Shown: piece by piece, positions 10,901 to 24,457 of the stretch
Position numbering within the stretch: the first letter of the stretch is position 1
Layout of the letters: every line of letters begins with the position of its first letter
Source of the DNA: Dimargaris cristalligena
Taxonomy: Eukaryota
DNA length: 49,136 nucleotides
Direction: 5' to 3'
Assembly: GCA_003614675.1 (NCBI GenBank)
Contig: ML002277.1
Span: 1 to 49,136, forward strand
The notes under the pieces: model-generated
Seen by the model: only the letters and a program-made list of their open reading frames with translations
The model's database searches: none
What the model was told of the DNA's origin: nothing
Translations under genes and position numbers: made by a program

Positions 10901-11642
10901 TAATTTGAAATAAATCTCTGGTATTTTGACGGTGGGAAAGCGGAGTTTGCCGAATTCCTCAATACTCTCCGTAGTAAATGTTCGGGAAATGATGCTGCTT
11001 GATATACTCGATATCCTTTCCAGAACGACACCCATATACAACATTAGGTCGATTTTACGGCTAAATCCACTATTCGATTTACCCGGACATGGCCGAGGTA
11101 ATGGTGGCGGGTTGATTATTAGACAGGTTATTACTCCACTTTATGCAAGCTGAGGTGGCGAGACTATAACTTTACCAGTCTCGCAGTCATTTCGGCTCAC
11201 CCACAATGGTGGTGCGAGCGGGACCCTCGTCCGCCTCGATAAGCTAAAGCGTGCCTTGAAAAACCCATCCACGCATTTTATTTGGACCACCGCAAGATCG
11301 TATAGCAGAAAATCACTATAGGGAGAGCTTCATATGTGCATCATTGGTGGGACTTGGATTTCTAAGCACGCACCCTCCCCCCCTCTGCTTGCCAAACGCC
11401 CTGAATCATGGAAACTAAGGTTAGAACATCCGCACCATCCACCCCTATTCGTGGCTTTCATCCTCCGCAGACCTGACGGAATTCCACTCCCTTCTTGACC
11501 TTCTTGATTATCCTATTCTTGTTCCATTATCAGACTTACTTGTTCCTTCACCTATTCTGCCTCAGTTTAATTATAGCCACCATCCAACAGTCAGCCTATT
11601 CCCATTGCCTTACCATTGTCGGATTAGCTCGAATTCTACATC

Positions 11643-12934
11643 ATGGTAAGTCATTCAGTCGCGTAAAACCACGGCTCACGTTTATGGCCAACGTTGTAGC
11701 CTTTGGATGACCTTGGCTAGACGGCCAGTTCGCTATTTCCATCCTGCCGATTGCTAAAGGGTCTGGACATGGTGTCTTCTACACCTGCCTTCGAGTCATT
11801 AATAGCCCACTAAGTTGAATCAAGGATTCCTCGGCACTCCAGTGCTAAATGCCCGCCGGCTACTTTGTCCGCTTTTATAAGCCCGGGTGCAATACTTACA
11901 TTGTTCCCATTGACCAACCTACCTAACTCATTCGTCTCCCGATATAGTCGATTATGGAATATAACGGCGCGGCCGTCGTGGCCATGGTCGGGAAAAATTG
12001 TGTGGCCATTGCGTCAGACACCCGCCTCGGCCAGCAGGCCATGACCATTGACACCAATTTCCAAAAGGTGTTTCCCGTGACCGACAAAACCATGATTGGG
12101 ATGGCCGGTTTGGCCACGGACGTTCTCACCCTACGGGATCGCTTCCGCTACAAGGTCAACATGTACAAACTGAAGGAGGAACGTACGATTGAACCCCAGA
12201 CCTTCGCCCATATGGTGTCCGCCGCCCTTTACGAGAAACGCTTCGGCCCGTACTTTATCGAACCCGTAATTGCCGGGATGGACAAGCGGAACCAGCCCTT
12301 CATTTGCAGCATGGACACCATTGGCTGTATCAATTTCGCCAAGGATTTCGTGGTGGCCGGAAATGCGGGCGGTGGCTTGTATGGCATGTGCGAGTCTCTG
12401 TGGGAACCTGATCTCGAGCCTGAGGATCTATTCGAGACCATATCGCAGGCTCTACTTAACGCCGTGGATCGCAACGCCCTTAGCGGTTGGGGTGCCGTTG
12501 TGCATATCATGTAAGTAGCTATGACCACCGTGTTCTTGAATCTTCCGTTGCAGTCCATGCTGTGTAGTCACAGCCATTGGGACATTTTTTTCATCCGACT
12601 TATCTGCCCTCTCCCCACTTACACTTATATAATGCCTACTCCACAATCTATTCTCCCACATTAGTACCCCTGATCAAGTTATCACCCGCCAGCTCAAGTC
12701 CCGTATGGTAAGCTGTCTCATAGTTATATTGTCAACATATCGAGTGCTCATTCCGGCAGTTGAAAACTTCCCCAAATAGCTTGATTGGGCAGACCCAACT
12801 GTGAAGGATAAAGCAGTTCGATATACACGGCTTTAATATTACCTCTCTTGGTGCATTTTTTCTTCTAATTTACCCTTTAACTCCGCCTATCGTCGATTAC
12901 CCCTGTATTTTCCCGTCCACCCTATTAGGACTAA
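11643..12934 (+). CDS. PUP3: 20S proteasome subunit beta-3; exons 11643-11645, 11948-12510, 12665-12707, 12929-12934
   Basis: [83 protein letters not shown]. All introns are canonical. Confidence 0.97.
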
Positions 12935-13295
12935 ATTGCCTGTGCTTGGCAAGCCACACCCTCGAATGCCGCCCATATCCACCCGCCGTTGTTGGTGGAT
13001 TTTCCATTATTTTGTATCCCATTTTACCCTTCAATCACCGTTTACTACCTCCCGGTTATTATTCTTACTCCCTCGTTGAATAGCCAGGTTATCTTATTTC
13101 TGCTGTACTTTCTACACGGCTTTGTGAGGGGACATCCGATTAAACTTTATATTCATGGTTTTTTACCAGTGGGTCACTTTATTATAAATACCCAGTATAC
13201 ATTACCGATCCTGATTTCGTAAACAATTTCCTGGAAACGCGGGATTTTTGCTTCAAGGTGGGGCTAAATGGCGCAGAAGACACTTTATATTGCCA

Positions 13296-13945
13296 TTACC
13301 ATTTTTTCCCCAGCTAAGATGTTGGATAGTATGCAGCAAATGGTGTCGAATGGGTTAGGTATCCGTCAAGCTGGGCATCAAATAAACGGCGTCGACTACC
13401 ATGGCAAGGCCATTGATCTTTAGAGGAAAAAGAGGACAAATAACCTACATTTTTCTGAACGCAGGTCTTGAAGTGGGCGAATTGGGTGGCACAGGAATTC
13501 TTTTTGACATCACCTAATAAGCTCAAGACGCACTGCCCATAGGCCAACGACTACCATGGCAAACATATTGTCCGCAAATAATATGATGGTAACATATAGT
13601 TGGTTAGTCATTATTCACAGACCCCACTCTAAGCAGGCAATATGTATTCCGTGCTTATCGTCGAACTAGACAACGACCACTGTTGGGTTTGCCCACTCTT
13701 CCTTAGAGTATCAAGCGGAAACGGGGCGGGGAACATCCATGTTGCCCAATTAATACATTCAACTGTAGTTAGGGATTCCCAAGCGTAAATAAACAGGGTA
13801 AGACCCCTTAGACCGATCCCTTCCATGTTAAAATCGGGGCACCGATTTGAGACGGCAGTCTTACCTCAATTGAGCATTGACCAATGGCATTCCTGAAGCG
13901 TGGTAATTGTCGACGGGTCGACGAGGTTGTGAGTGGGGACGGCAT
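13296..13945 (-). CDS. NDUFAF8: Twin CX9C mitochondrial complex I assembly factor, NDUFAF8-like; exons 13945-13865, 13550-13449, 13313-13296
   Basis: Spliced product MPSPLTTSSTRRQLPRFRNAIGQCSIESLAYGQCVLSLLGDVKKNSCATQFAHFKTCVQKNLGKKW has two CX9C motifs and the AYGxCV signature. Confidence 0.85.
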
Positions 13946-14501
13946 GGGGAGAAATTGGAAGAGTTCGGTAAAACTTGAATGTGAAATTGTTTAGAAAATA
14001 ACAGTCAAATACATCAAAATAGACTGTCAGGATTTATATGGGACCAATGGAAAAGAAAGTAAACCTATATAATTAAGTTATGTTTAAGGGATAAACAGTA
14101 AGGAGTTGGAATGGGCATGCGGCGCCTCCAATAGGGATTACCAAAAGCCACACCACACACATACGTGTTCAATGAGACCAGGTTAAAATATGCCCCGGCT
14201 TCAGTTTATCGTAGTATTCTGCCTGTAGTAGTTTAAGGTTTTCTACTACTGAATTGATTGGGACCATCTATATAACTCTTACTATAAAAAAGGCTTAAAT
14301 AGGACCATATTAAAAAACCGTAACCCAACTCTGGTTTGAATTGGTGCCCAATTTCCCCTAAAATAAATCAAGTTGTTTTCAAATATTCAGTACCAACACC
14401 ACATGCCAATGAAAAATAATCGCCTATTTATTGATGAAACAATCGGTGCCATATTTGGCCTATACAGGTGGGAATTATCCCTAAGCTGGTGCAGGTTGAC
14501 A

Positions 14502-17091
14502 TCATTTTTCGAGACACCGCTGTTTGAGACGGTTAAGGTCTTGAATCACACGGTCTATCCGCGAGCTGTATTCCTCCGCTATAAGTAAGGAGAGGGCGAG
14601 TCGAAAATCCCCAATTATATCCAAAAAAAATAAAAAAAGATTAGTTCCCAGTAATCCGCCAAAATAACCAATGTTGGTATGTGATCTGTAAGGCGATTTA
14701 GAGGGCACCAAATCCTCAGGTTTTAAAATAACCGAACAGACAAACGAGACTTACTTGACTGGAGTAACGTGGCCGCACACTCATTCGGAATATCTTGCTT
14801 GAGAATAACTTGCTGGTGGCCAACGAGCTTGCGGTAAAGCGAAGCGCAGTCGGTGATGGAGCCTTCGACCTCGAGGTACATGCGAGTCTTATACGATTGG
14901 AAGCTGGAGAGGTGAAGGTTGTAGCATGGACCATGGTTGCTAAGTAATGTGGTACACATGATTGCGATACTAATAATATTACATTTGTGAGGGCAATGTA
15001 AAGTAAAGAAGGGCTCGGATGTACATACCTGGATTTAATCCGTTCCAGTTGCCCAGTGAGTGATTCAACCTTATTCGATAACCGGGACTCAGTCTTGGTT
15101 TGGTCTTTCTGTTGTTTTCCCCCGTGAATTAAAGTAAATACATGGCCAAACAGGCATGATGATTAGCTCGTTCCTGGTTAAACATAGTGCACTGGTTGGG
15201 GCAAAATTGCCTGGATTGGCGTCCAAATAAACGGGCCAACTGCTTGTCGAGAATTGTATGTACTGCCTAAGGCATGTGTCGAAATATAACAGACAGGTAT
15301 ATAGTAAATAGACATGGTGATTACCTGCGTGGACAGAAGCTCCTGGTTCGTTTGTTCGAGACGCCTCTGTAAATCGGCTATGGTGGATTCAAACTGACTA
15401 GATACTTGTCGCTCCACTTGCTGGCAATTCGGCAGATGATATATAATTATAATATAGCCAGTGAGCTAGGTTAGATAGTTGTCGTAAAACCATGCAGATG
15501 ATATATACCGACAATTGCCGGGTGGGGGATTTGTGATTTACCCGATCAGTGTCTATGGTAGACCACATCTTGGCAGTGTATAAAGAACATTTACTAACCT
15601 TATGAATAGAACGCAGCTTGCCTTCGGCAGAGGACAGTTGGGACTCGAGCTTGGTTCGTTGGCTGTTTAGTCGAGTTACTTCTAGTTGCTGGGCGTTGTC
15701 GGATTGATCCATCTGTTTGCGCAGCTTCAGCACCTCTACTCGATTTTAAAGCAGTGAGGACACAAGTGGCAGAAATGCCCATATACATACAGGCAGGTGG
15801 TGAAATATAAGTTATTCTAGTATTTTGCGAAGCACTAAACCTTACTGCCATCCACCGTTTACCATGTTGCTGCTAAACGTCAAACCATAACATGCATGGT
15901 TCTCGACAAAATATCTCCATAAAATAGAAGAATAGTACCGCGCGAATGGATCCTGACAACGAGCTACTTCAATATACCCTACCTTTTAAATTGTCAGTAT
16001 AAAATCCGTGGATTTTCAAGTACTTCTCTCTCGATAGCTGCAATGCCTCGGCATCTCGTTTAGTCCGTAAAGACTCCCGCTGGGTTAGGTTGGTATTTTG
16101 GGTAGCGATATTATGGTTAAGTCTTTCGAAGTGGGTCTTCTGATCGACCAACTGTGATTCGAGGGACTCGACCCTAAGCTGCAGAGACTGTGCTCTATGC
16201 TGCAGCTGGATGGAGTCCATTTCATCAGAAAGAGGTGAAACCATGGGTGATGCTTTTGGGTTGGGCGAGTGGTAGTAGCTATTGTCTAACCGGGCCCTTT
16301 TTGTACGGGACACGGAAGCCGGGGTGTATTCGACCGATCCATCACTTTCCAGCCGCTTAATGACTGAAAGCAAATACCGAGCCTTCTTGCGGTCTTCGAG
16401 TTCGCGGACTAAGATCGTAGTGCAATGATGGCATTATATAGGATGCCACAATTAATATGTGTATGTGTCGCCTGAGTAATTTAACCGGTATGTAGTCAAA
16501 AAGCTGATATTGAACTTTTCCAAGTGATGTTGACAACACTTTCTAACAACTTCATACATTAATTTACCACCAAGGCTGTTTGAATAACACCCAATTAAGA
16601 TAAATTCAAGTAAGATTCAACTGTTGGGGGGAATGACGAGTGAACGATTCTTACTTTTAAGGCCGTCGTTTTCCTTTGAGAGTTCAAAAACACGCTGTTT
16701 CTCCTGGATGAGGGCCTCCTGGGTCTTTTGGAGCGTGGTCTGGAGCTCTGCCATTTCGACCAGCCGTTGCTGTAGTTCCAGCTGAGTTCGAATATACTCG
16801 TTTTGGGTCACTTTACACCGATCAAGTTGAAGCTCAAAGTCGTGGTAAAATGCGTCGGACCGTTCTTATTACAGTTAAGGGAGGGAATAATAATAGGTAG
16901 TATAGTTATATAATGCTCTGGGTATAATTGAGACTGGGCTTATAGCGGGTAGAGCACAATATCGGCAGCGACTGTGTGAAAGTAACAGCATGAAGGTGGC
17001 AATGCTGGGTTTACTTACCTAGCTTTTCCTTGTAAAACCAAAGTAGGGCTTCGGACGGAGGAAGGTTGTCGATTTCTTGTGCCGTGTCCAT
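14502..17091 (-). CDS. CCDC77: Coiled-coil protein, CCDC77-like; about 8 exons, internal boundaries approximate
   Basis: Exon 1 (17091-17019) LPPSEALLWFYKEKL; exon 2 (16864-16655) ELQQRLVEMAELQTTL...QEKQRVFELSKENDGLK; exon 3 begins IRELEDRKKARYLLS; C-terminal RMYLEVEG. These match CCDC77 motifs as I recall them (LLEYYxxK, ENDRLRIRELEDKKKIQ, LEVEG). Confidence 0.8.
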
Positions 17092-18526
17092 GGCAGTTTT
17101 CCGGTATTGAGGCTGTTGGGGATGGTGGTCAATTTATAGGGCTCTACTGGTAAAAAGTACGAGGTTGCAATGCCTCAAGAAGTCGATAATGCTAGTAAAT
17201 GGGGACTTAATTGCAACGAAGAGTAAATTACGTGCAGGACGAGGCCGGGGTCAAGGAAATGTGAATGAATGGGGCGGCAAACTGAAATGGGTCGGGGCTT
17301 GAAAATATATGACCGCGTAATTCAAGGAGGTTAAATGGGTAGTTTACAAAAACACGAGATGGAGGCATGCAGTATTGAAAGGGAACTGAAATGCAGCTGG
17401 CAAGAGGCTGATTACGAAGTTTGTCTATCGTTTGGGTTTTGGTGCGGTATGGTATGGTATTTGGAAGCCAGGGGCCAATCCTTAGTTCCATCAGAGTATT
17501 TGGCCTCGCCAACTGCAGCCCTTCTCTAAACCAGTAGCTAACCAACTCTTCGACTATTTAATGTAACATCGTACGCAGTCACCATCGTGACTAAATTGTA
17601 TTCTAGGGCCTACACCATACCAGTCCTATCCTATATTTCAGATTGTAAGTATATTTTACAAACGAGGACTAGGTAGATAGAATGGCCCAGTCTATTGTTT
17701 ACGTAAAACCTATATTTGGACAAATCCGGATATGCTCTACTTGGATTCCCCGCATTTATAGGAAATGGTTAAGGTCGCCAGAGAAGCGCCTTATTTTCAT
17801 AATAAAGTTACAGACGGGCATGTGTACAATATAATCCGTGAGGAATTTGAGGGCGGATAGAGGGGGTAGGATTCAAAGTAGCGTGTAATTAGAGAAGACT
17901 AGGCGGTTTTTGCCATTTTGGATAACCCCATACTAGGCCCCCCAACGGTATGGAATTGCTTTGGGGAAATGCAATACTTGATTCAATGGTTCAAGGCTGC
18001 CACAACATGCTCCTTATATGGTATTCCACCATGTGCGTTCAAGGACTAAGCGTCCAATATCAGGTTATACCAATGCACCATTTAGGGTTAAACATTTGAG
18101 ACCCACTGTCGACTTCCACCACTTGTATAACACCGGCTGTCTTCCGGTATTACACTTGGGTAACAAAAAAGGAATATTGGTGGATTACTGGAGTAGCTAA
18201 GCGACTACTCCCAACTCGCTCATACCTTTCCGGTATGTGGGATTGGACGTAGGGGTTTACTCAACCCTGTGGGTATAGAACAAATGGCAAATCTATAAGA
18301 ATAACGGCACGCCCCTCGCCTAGGGTGGCCCTCGCTCGCTGATACTCCCCCTATATTTTCGTTGTGGTAATTGGCGAGTTCGCCATTAATTCTAAAGGGG
18401 TTACTTTCGAGCCCTTATTTATATATACCCATTCAACCCCCCTGTCTAGCTGTTTGCCTCCCTGTGGCTCTAATTATTACTGTCTGCGGATTTCCTAGAC
18501 CCGGAATTTAGCTGCTTTATTCCACA

Positions 18527-20659
18527 ATGAGGCCGGGCAGTATCAATATCTACTTTTTGGCCGTCATTGGTCTCGGCGTTAGTCCCGCGAAGCACACCGC
18601 CACTGCCATTCCAGGCATTTTCCCCAGCCATATGGAGTACGATAGTTTCGACCATATCTACCACAATCTCATGGAAGCCCTCAATACCCCTGGGTCAGGT
18701 AGTGCTTCCGACCTTCCCGCTCCGGCGAGCCCCAGTGGTCAACCCTTCCAAAACAATGCAGCGCAAGTATCTGCTTCGCGATTCTACGAGGCCCGGGTCA
18801 AACCTTCTCCGAAGGATACCTTTAAACTGCAGGGTTCGTCATCCAGTCCTTCCGCGACAGCGTCACCAGCGAAAGGGTCCCAAGGCCATCCGCCGGAAGA
18901 GGCTAGATCACCACCACCCATTAGTCCGGTACTAACAACAAAAGAGCTGGTTAAGCCAATCACCCCCCTGGGCAGCCAGGGAGGTGAACCATCTAACCTA
19001 CACCGTCGTCCTGCATCGGATCAGCTTAGTATTATTCAGCCGTCAACACCCTGTCAGGATATCCAAGCCAACCTTCCACCCACAAAAGACTTTGTCATGG
19101 CCCATCGCAGTAAAAATCGGACATGTATTCTAAAGCGGCTGGTTGAGTGTATATTCACCAATCAGTATTGGTTTATAAAGGTACGTGATTAAGTCGGTTA
19201 TATAATAATGCAGATGCGCTGTATGCCACTTAGGTAGGGCTTGGCCAAGAATAGCCCTGGAACTGGGGCCAGATTAATACACACATGAGTGACCTTTTAC
19301 CTCCACACACAATGTTCTATAGCTAATGGCTACTTCGTTACCATTGAGCTGATCAACTAATGTAGTTACCGCGATTTACGCTGATACTTCATTTGAACCC
19401 TGCAATATGTCGGGAACTGCCGGTTGGTTTATTAGCAACAACGCAAATTGTTTCAGAAAATTTACTTCGGCTTCAGGGAAGGCCTTGGTGAGTCGAGAGA
19501 GCGTTACCTGTCAGATACAGAAGCCCATACGATTCTGAAGAATTGGCGGTCTCTACTTATGCAGCAGTTGAAAAAGAGTATGTTTTTCATCGCCTATGCC
19601 AATTGGAAGGACCTCATCAACCATATCCAAAGATCCATCGGTCCGGGACCGCCCACGCTTAAACTCTCGGATATTCGCGAAGTTCTGGGCTACCTAACCA
19701 CTAACCTGAGAGAAACGGTTTTACACAACAAGCACTGGCGGTTCGTGGACCCGACCCTCATGTCACCGGTGGTACTATCCGTCCAGTTACCTTTGCTGGT
19801 TCTGGTGGACGCCCAGACCAACGGCGCCGATATTTTAAATATGTTCCGGACTTTAACCCATGCGTCGATTATGGGTTTTGTCCAACGGAAGTGGAGTCTG
19901 TCTAAATCCACCCGGCACGAAAATATACTACGCCGTCCCCACCAAAAGGCATGGGAGTGGACAGATCTAACGGCATATTTTGACCATTTCAATTTCAATC
20001 TAGCGGCCCTGGTCATGGCCCGACTGGCCACGACCGATCGTTTCGCCGATCTCGAGGAATTGGTGGTGGGCTTGGAGAAGTGGCTCCAGGTATACTGTGG
20101 GACCCGATGCAACCCGGATAATATCTTCCACCGGTTTATTCAATTCGGGGTGATCCTGGCCGCCGTAGCGCAGCAATTCCAGAGCTTGGCCCAATTTTCC
20201 CGAATGTACACGGATGACAATGGGCCGCTTCCTCGCGAAGATCTAGCCGCCGCGCGCTGCGAGCTAGCCAATTTCATGCGGCACATGGAATTGCCCCAAG
20301 GGGCCCGGACCCTGGAGGGCTACTGGAAGTGTCGGCCGGCGGTTGTAACGCACCTGAAATACAACCAGCTTCTGCCTATGGAGCAGCTGCATCTAACCAA
20401 CGACAACCGAATGGGCGTGTTGGTGTCAACGTCGACGTTCGATGAAGAAGACAAGGCCCAGCTTCCGGATATGGGTCCATGGGCATTTCAGAATTTAGAC
20501 TTGGGGTTTTTTACGAGGACGCTTAAGAGCCAGTTGGTCAACCAGCTTGAACGAGCCGTCAAGAACGGCAACCGCGCTTTCACTGGCACGGATGCCTACG
20601 TCTCTATGAATGAGCTTCTTAGTCACACGGTTCCAAAAACCGTCCGGTTTAATATTTGA
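18527..20659 (+). CDS. Hypothetical, probably secreted protein (~625 aa); exons 18527-19180, 19436-20659
   Basis: A phase-0 GTACGT...TTAG intron joins ORFs 18527..19192 and 19448..20659. Hydrophobic N-terminus (IYFLAVIGLGV), Ser/Pro-rich linker, then a helical-looking C-terminal region with no recognised domain. Confidence 0.75.
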
Positions 20660-21410
20660 TGGACATTTATTTATATTTATGATTATAGTTTATTAATTGC
20701 TTCTCCACCCATAGTGCTTTTCCCAGGTACGTCCCCGCAGCAATTTAGAGATTTTTGCAAATAATAGAGTCTAGTCCCCCTTAATCATTTTTGACATGCC
20801 CGTGTGTGAATAAGATAGGCCCCCAAGGTGCCTGGTATTGCTGGGTCTGGGAAGAGAACGGTGGAGGACAAATGTATTAGGGTTGGGTTGCGGCTTGGTC
20901 CATGCAGCGCTGCCCATTCGATTACTTAGTTGTGGGGAAATAGCTGCAAGTCAACGGGGATTGGACTACTTTATAGTGGAGCTGTATGAAATACGGTGGC
21001 GACCAATAGGCCATGGAATAACGCTAATTGAAAAGTAAAGTACCACTATCGGTTGGATCAACCTCATTAAATTGCTGGTGCCGACTGTCCCGTGATATTC
21101 CCACACCCCATATAAGCACCATGGGATCCAGTGACTGTGATATGTGTGAGCAAGAGAGGGAAAAAGATGGTCCGCCTATTTTCCAATGGCCCATACCACA
21201 CCACTCAGCGCCCAATCCCCCCGCTTAAACAGCCCGTTCTTACTTTTGCCCTTGTGACTGGTTTTATAACATACGGGCTTCTCGGTCCCAAGCCAGTCCT
21301 GCTTTATATCTCTCTTTTCCGCCGCTTCGTCAACCACCCCGACTTCCTATAATCCCTTTCGACTTTGCCCTCAAGCCACCCTTCCTCTGCATCTACTACC
21401 ATTTGGTGCC

Positions 21411-23638
21411 ATGTTCCGACTACTGCGAGACCAGCCCAGTTGCTTGCGGGCCCTTCAGGTAAGTTCAGACTATGTGTGTGTTCCTATAGGTAGACTCATT
21501 CGCAGACCCTCCCCCACAGTCTCAGAGCCCATCTCTTAAGCCAGGCCGCAACCCCCGTTGTATATACTAGTTCAACTCCCAGGCCATAAAAGGGCATGTC
21601 TCCATCCGGCCACTTAGACCCAGCCAAGCCTATCGGACTGCCACCAACTTGAAAATGAAGCTAACGACCCTCTTTTGAATATGTCTTTAATCGACACTTT
21701 CACCTGCACCCTCGCTGACCTCTAGAAAACTCCTCGGGCCACGACCAACCCGATTAGGTTATCCATTTCCCTCGTCCGTTCGGCACACACCCTCGGCAGT
21801 CCACAGGTAATCTTCGTTTATAACCAAAATATCCTCTTGCAAACTCCAGTCTGCCCACCAAATACCATCCCGTTGCGCGTTCCCCGAAAGCGTGGAAATC
21901 CACCTGATCCTTAATCCATTTACCCCGGGGGCTAATTACCACGTAGCAATTGACTGGCATATACCGCCGACATCTTTGTCCGTCAATTAGTTCCTTGTGA
22001 CTAGACTATACCCATTTAACTCCTCTTTTCTCATAAACTATGCCAATACTGACTGCCACAATCAGCGGCTAACTCGCGACGCATGCCTAACCCGGCCCCT
22101 TCGCATCGGCTTAACGGGCCCTACTGCATCCCGCCTGTTCCACACCTCTGGGGCCAGCCACAAGGTTGTTCCCTTCAACCTCGCGGACATTGGTGAAGGC
22201 ATCACTGAGTGTGAGATTATCCAATGGTAGGTTCAGCGGCCCATTCCACCCATGCCCTACTTTAAAATCCATCGAGTAATATGGACTATACTCGCCGTCT
22301 TCCCGGCTCCTTAAACCATCCACTAATCCGAAGACCCATCCACCTAAAACCCACCATGTCTCCTTATGACGATACAGGTTCGTTAAGCCTGGTGATACCA
22401 TTGCTCAGTTTGATAAGATCTGCGAAGTCCAGTCGGACAAGGCCTCCGTGGAAATTACCTCCCGCTATGATGGCCGCGTAAGTAAGCTCTACTATGATGC
22501 TGGGGCGGTAGCTAACGTCGGCAAACCTCTTGTGGACATTGAAGTCGGTGATGAGGGCGGGGAGGTTGATCCTGAGTTATCCGAGCCCGCCTCCGCTCCA
22601 AAGGTCCCTCCTCCTACCCCCAGTGCCCCAGCTCCGTCAACCAGCCCATCGATTCCTCCCCAGCTTGCTTCCACTGCGGCTCAGGATATCATTGCCATTC
22701 CGGCTGTTCGACGGTTGGCCAAAGAACATTCACTTAATCTAGCCCATATCCAAGGCACGGGCAAAGGAGGTCGCATCACCAAGGAAGACGTCCTCAACCA
22801 CCTCAATGAAGGTCCCGCCGCCCAATCACCGCCAGCCCCTTCCGCGTCGGCGACCCTATCCATGGCTGGGTCAGTCGAGGAGAGACCCCTGGCCAACATT
22901 GAACGGGCCATGTACAAATCCATGACCGCGTCCCGCACCATCCCGGATTTTATCTTCACCGACGAATTGGAGCTGGACACCCTAATGGGTCTGCGGCAAC
23001 AACTTAATGGCTGGTTGACCGCCTCGGGCCAGGCCGCCGGGGGCCCCGGTCTGGACAAGGTGTCCTACATGCCCTTCATGATCAAGGCCCTGTCCCTCGC
23101 CCTGGCCAAGTACCCCATTCTCAACGCCGCTATCCTCCACGAAGACCAGGGCGCCGACCGGGCGCGCATCCAATTCCGCGCCTCCCACAATATTGCCCTG
23201 GCGATGGACACCCCCCAGGGGCTCATTGTACCCAACATTAAAGACGTCCAGGCAAAAACTTTACTCGAGGTGGCCCAGGAATTGCAACGACTGGTGGCGG
23301 CGGGCAAGCGCAACGGCCTGGGTCCCGCAGATATGAAACACGCCACCATCACCTTGTCCAACGTGGGCATGATCGGCGGTACGAAACTGGGACCCGTCGT
23401 GCCGTCCGGTACCATGTGCATCGGGGCCATTGGGAAAATCCAGCGGTTGCCGCGGTTCGACATGGTCACGGATCCCATCACCCAAGTGACCCGGGAGGTG
23501 GTCGTTCCGAAACATATTGTCAATGTGAGTTGGGCGGCGGACCACCGCGTTGTGGACGGGGCTACAATGGCCCGGTTTGCGGTGTACTGGCAGAGTATAC
23601 TACAAAACCCCGGCCTATTCCTGGCCCAGCTTAAATAG
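21411..23638 (+). CDS. DBT: Branched-chain 2-oxoacid dehydrogenase E2 (dihydrolipoyl transacylase); exons 21411-21458, 22066-22226, 22378-23638
   Basis: Arg-rich presequence; lipoyl domain LADIGEGITECEIIQWFVKPGD...CEVQSDKASVEITSRYDG; E3-binding PAVRRLAKE...GTGKGGRITKEDV; catalytic WAADHRVVDGA. Confidence 0.95.
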
Positions 23639-24457
23639 AATCCACCCGATGCATGCATGATGGGGTGGGTCTAGTATGGCCCTCCGTATTCGTTAATGTT
23701 CCCGATTCGACCCTTAATCTCTTCTACTGACTGAGGTATCCGCTACCCAAGTCCACTATATATTATTCGTTATCTAGATGTCTATTGTTTATCCCTGCGG
23801 CCCTACCGAAATTATCCTAATGAAAAGCTGAGGTTGCTATTTACTTATTCGTGAGCGATTCTTTTACGAATAGAAGGTGATTTGCGGATGTTGGCCAGCT
23901 CAAATACTTGTAGGGTTTCTCAGTCTACTGCCAATATATATTGCTTTTTTAGCAAGGCATGTCCAACCCAGCGGATCTGGCTATATTTTGCCCTTATAAA
24001 CCCCACTCTTCAATTGATCCATTAACTTAGAATTTGCCCAGTGAGACAAATCAAGTATGGCGGGAATCGTTAGCGAAAAATTGGCGTGGAGCCATCACCC
24101 GTGGCGGTTCTTTAGAGGAAGGTTTGGGATATGAACTGTATATATTCTAATGGTCCTACAAGCTGGACCAAAAAGACAGCGATTGAGAATAGTAGTCATG
24201 TGAAGTTTGTGTTTAATCCTGGATTCTCTTAGGTTGGAATTTCAAAAAAGTGATTTGCTCGTCCACGCCTTCGGCAGGCTGTTCTACCAAACAATACAAT
24301 ATATATTGGTAGAAACATTGAATATCTTTATTGGTTAAGTGCCTCTGGGAAAAAGATAAAGTCACATATACCAATTCAAGTGGAGAAGCCGCTAGAGTGA
24401 ATAGCCCGCCGCAAATGCTACATAAATGAAATAGAAAGAAACTCGGATTAAGCATAG

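Noticed and set aside
10671..11153. Overlapping 75-99 aa ORFs on both strands
   Set aside because: No motifs, and no consistent spliced model could be built.
11160..11180. GAGACTATAACTTT resembling the U3 snoRNA 5' end
   Set aside because: Boxes A, B, C and D do not follow.
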